A stretch of DNA of 64,000 nt from Bugula neritina. Its lineage: Eukaryota; Animalia; Bryozoa. Under the pieces are notes generated by a model. The model worked only from the letters and a program-made list of their open reading frames with translations, was not told the origin of the DNA and searched no databases. Position 1 is the first letter of the stretch. Every line of letters begins with the position of its first letter. Both the position numbers and the translations under genes were made by a program. The stretch spans positions 17,791,781 to 17,855,780 of the forward strand of contig OZ037767.1 of the NCBI GenBank assembly GCA_964035545.1, in the 5' to 3' direction. Below, in pieces: positions 60,292 through 64,000 of the stretch.

Positions 60292-62095
60292 GAATATTCA
60301 GTTTAAGCTGCTGTAACTAAAACAAGTTAGGTTTCTGATTCAAAGAAATTTCTTTCCTGGTTCTGTAGACTATGTCGATTTTGTCATGATAAAAATTTTC
60401 GGTACTCTAGATTTTACAGTCTATAATTTATCTCATACATACATACATACATTCATAAATACTTCAATATTGGGGTGGATGTTCGTAGTTTGGAGATTGG
60501 GTTTAAGGTAAGGATTTTGGGTTCCAGAGTTTGAGGGTGGGGATTTGAGTTAGTAGGTGAGAGTTTAGGGTGAAGGGTTTGGGGTTTGATTTTGGGAACA
60601 TTTAAAATCAATGTGCCATTTTTACCTACTTTTTTATTTATGCCATTGTTACCATTGTACATACGCCAGTTTTACCTAAAATCATTCTAGGTTTCAACAA
60701 TTGCAACCCACACATAGCAGACAAAGCAGAGTTTTGGTGCCATCCAATACCACCTTACCATGTCAGGTATAATTCTTGTCAATTCAAAGTAAAGAGCAAT
60801 TGCCTTAACCTGCAGAGTGGTCAAAAACAGAGCCAGGCTTGCACAAAAGCATAAACTGCAGCCATTACATTCATAACTGAACTGGCTTGTGCTTTATAAC
60901 ATAATAATAACAATAATATAACTATGATAATTATACAATATGCAAATATAATATAACGAAATACATTGCATTGAATTATATATCATCATTATGTCAGTCA
61001 TACAACTTCTTCGCTTTTCGAAAAGGGAGGAATTAATAGTCAACATTTAGGAATAGGGGGGGGGGGGGGAATAGTTTATCTAAGTCACCTATTCAATTTC
61101 TTTATGTCTCTTTGCGATGTTAATTTGTGTTTCTTTTTTGATAGTTAATTTAGCATAGTCTATCTTCTTTTCCTGTTTATTTTGCCCTAAACATGATTGA
61201 AAATGCTGCTTAAATTAAGGGGACAAATTTTTAAAAATATTTGATTGCTACATCTATGTTTTCCCTTCATTAGATTCTGAAACTTGAAGCACTAAAATTA
61301 GTGTACATTTTCTTTGCTGCATACAGATCACTGATTTGGTAATGCCATTGGAACCTTCAGGGCGGTGATGAGTCATGAAATATAACACATGACGCAGCAA
61401 TAGTCACGTGATCAGTTACAGATGACTGAGCACGTGATCAGTTACAGACGACTGAGCACGTCTGCTGCGCTGTCATTATAGTAAGTTGCCTAACTGAAAC
61501 TGTCATTGCACGAAGGTAATCCTTTATAATTTAGCATTTTATTTAATATTTTTTACTAACCTTTTACTGGCTGTTAATTTGTATTTATTCATAGGCTTGG
61601 AATTCACATTGAATATTGTATTTAATTGATAGGTTACTACCCATTTCTAGTCAATTTGATTCTGCAGTCATTTGAGCAGATGCAACTGCAAGGCTTATAA
61701 TAAATTTCAATTTAGCTTAGCTTCAAGTTGGCTTAATTTCAACATAACTTTTCCCTGTTCTTCTCTGGACTGTTGAATTACGCTACAAAATCAATACTAT
61801 ACGAATAATAGTATAATTGAAATCAAATGTTTTAATTTTTTTCACTGTAGCCTTACCAGTACAATCAAGTTGAACTTATGCCCAATGATTTCATTTGTTT
61901 GGCTTTTTTTTAGTTACATACTCATTATGGTCATAAACATTTCTCGAAATTGACAAGTTGAATATTCAGTTTAAGCTGCTGTAACTATAAAAGCAAGTTA
62001 TGTTTCTGATTCAAAGAAATTTCTTTCCTGGTTCTGTAGATTATGTTAATTTTATCACGATGTAAATTTCCAATACTCTAGATTTTAGAGTCTAT
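60292..62095 (+). repeat. pair of diverged direct repeats of about 135 bp (about 60292-60424 and 61960-62095)
   Basis: gaatattcagtttaagctgctgtaacta..tttctgattcaaagaaatttctttcctggttctgtaga..tactctagatttta is present twice. Confidence 0.8.
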
Positions 62096-64000
62096 GCCTA
62101 TATGAGTTGTCTCATACATGTCTGTCATTTATTCAAAAATTTTAATTTGTCAAATGTCTTTTTGTTTTTTAGAATGTGTCCAAGCAGCTCAGATATTCAC
62201 ACATTAGAGAACATATGGTCTACACCAGGAAGATGTGACCTAGCCAACTGTGGTCAGTTCTGTGAGCCCCATCTTGGTTATAATTAAGTATTTATTATTT
62301 ATGATAACTTACTGTGTTTTCAATTTTACAGGATTATAAGGAAAGAATTATCTTGTACTTCTTGTATTTTTCTTGATAACTGATGTCCATAATTCACGTA
62401 TATCTATTTCAGTTTGAAGTAGTGAAAAAGTTATGTTTTTTTCATTATTTTAGTCTTGTTAACTCCAAGTTTTGTGGAATTGTTCAAAGTAATCACTTGT
62501 AGTCATTAGACTAGTATCTCAGCTCTGCAAACATTTACTGTATTAGCAAATTAAAATAAAATGTTTTATATAATATTAAGGTATTTTAGAATATTCCTTG
62601 TCTGTTTTGTAGTTGTGTTTAACCACATGCAGATAGAAGTCACCTTGCTATCAAGACCAGTTTTATATCCGTGAAATGCTCACAAGCCGACATGTAGAAG
62701 TTGTCTTCTCTCTGTGTTTGATTCATCAAAACTTTTCATCGGTTCAGGTTTGTGTCTAAATGAATTGTTTATTGTAACAATATTTGCTCTTTCCCTGTGT
62801 TATGTGCTAGTAGGTTTTAGCATTCATAAAGCTACTACCAGTGCATGGCAATGAGGTGAACTCAGTTGACCCATATCTGCTCCTTACTTACATTCTAGCT
62901 CCTAGGGGATAGTTACTTTCATAAATAATGTTAGATTCAGCTTCTTCTACCTTCCCTTGGATAAAATTTGATTTAAGATAAGCATAACAAGCAGCGTTAC
63001 TACTCAAATAGTGAAGCATGTGCTTTTGATCAAAGTGGCAATATAATTGTATAAGGTGTAGAATATATAACTTTGTAAAGTTGTGCACATGGAACTGTAT
63101 AGCATGTGACACAAAAATATTCATACTATATGTCCTGTTATCTATGCAATCCACTGTTGATTGATTTTGCAGTGTAACACTTGGCTGTTTTTCTGCTTTT
63201 AGTTTTAAAAAATTATGGCTGTTTATTTCATTCCAGAATTTCCAAACATGTTCCTAATAAAAGTTAAAACAGCCCATTGTAAAAGCTCTTGCAAACCTTA
63301 CCCAGCTTTAGCTATGTATGTAACCTTCCTGGCTCAAACTCAGTGTTAGTTTGTTTCACTTACAGGCTACTGATGGCTGCTTCATAATATTCCTTCTGGA
63401 TGGTTTGGTATTAGTTGGAGTTGTTTGATCTTTGCTTGACCTGAGCTGTTTTCAGACTGAAGTGTACTACATACTACTCTATTTGAAGTGTGAGGTTAGC
63501 CGGTTATTATACCTTTTGCATGTCTAATTTTTCAGTAGCGTGTTGGAATTTTTTGTATCTGTATCAGCTGTGATGAAAAGTAGACTTAATTTCTGTCAAC
63601 ATAAAACATATGGCCAGGAGAATATAAGCTCAGTAGAAGTGAAAATATATGCATCTTCTCCTTGTTTGTCTGAATGTCAATACAACATTTGACTGAAGAG
63701 ATGAGAAATCAGCACATGATTAGAATTTTATTTTAAGATTTTACTTTTTATGGTAATAAAATCATTGCCTTCATTGAACACCATCAATAAGTAATTTATT
63801 TGACTTTGGAGTTGTTTAAGCTGTTTCCTGTAAATGCTATAACCAAACCTCATTCCAACTAAATGAGCACTCTTCAATCATATTTGTTATTTTGTCAATT
63901 CATTGCTAACTTTGTGAAAACCTCTTATTAAATAATATAAGTTTACATAGTGCTATGCTTGCTTGTGGTAAGAAAACCAAGTCAGGCTTTCATTTTTGAT

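Overview
AT-rich animal (probably invertebrate) genomic DNA. (1) A multi-exon WDR81 gene (BEACH + WD40) on the minus strand runs from about 22.7 kb (5' end unresolved) off the left edge; 27 exons were placed, 26 of them in a phase-consistent chain. (2) A divergently oriented 12-exon laccase/multicopper oxidase gene (about 670 aa) lies on the plus strand at 27844-35956. Its intron 1 holds a Penelope-like fragment with a hammerhead ribozyme in inverted repeats, and a late intron holds a solo LTR. (3) A decayed minus-strand LINE at about 36.4-48.6 kb carries two young Gypsy-type LTR insertions. One is an intact Mag-like element. The other is non-autonomous: it lacks RT, RNase H and the integrase core, yet has an env-position third ORF (zinc finger, coiled coil, Arg-rich) that can be spliced in frame to the first 14 Gag codons. 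(4) A 9.5-kb 49-bp satellite. Almost every long intron is filled by its own minisatellite, and several of these are amplified copies of the exon-intron junction, giving arrays of up to about 60 decoy splice sites. Most ORF-track entries are artefacts of these repeats.
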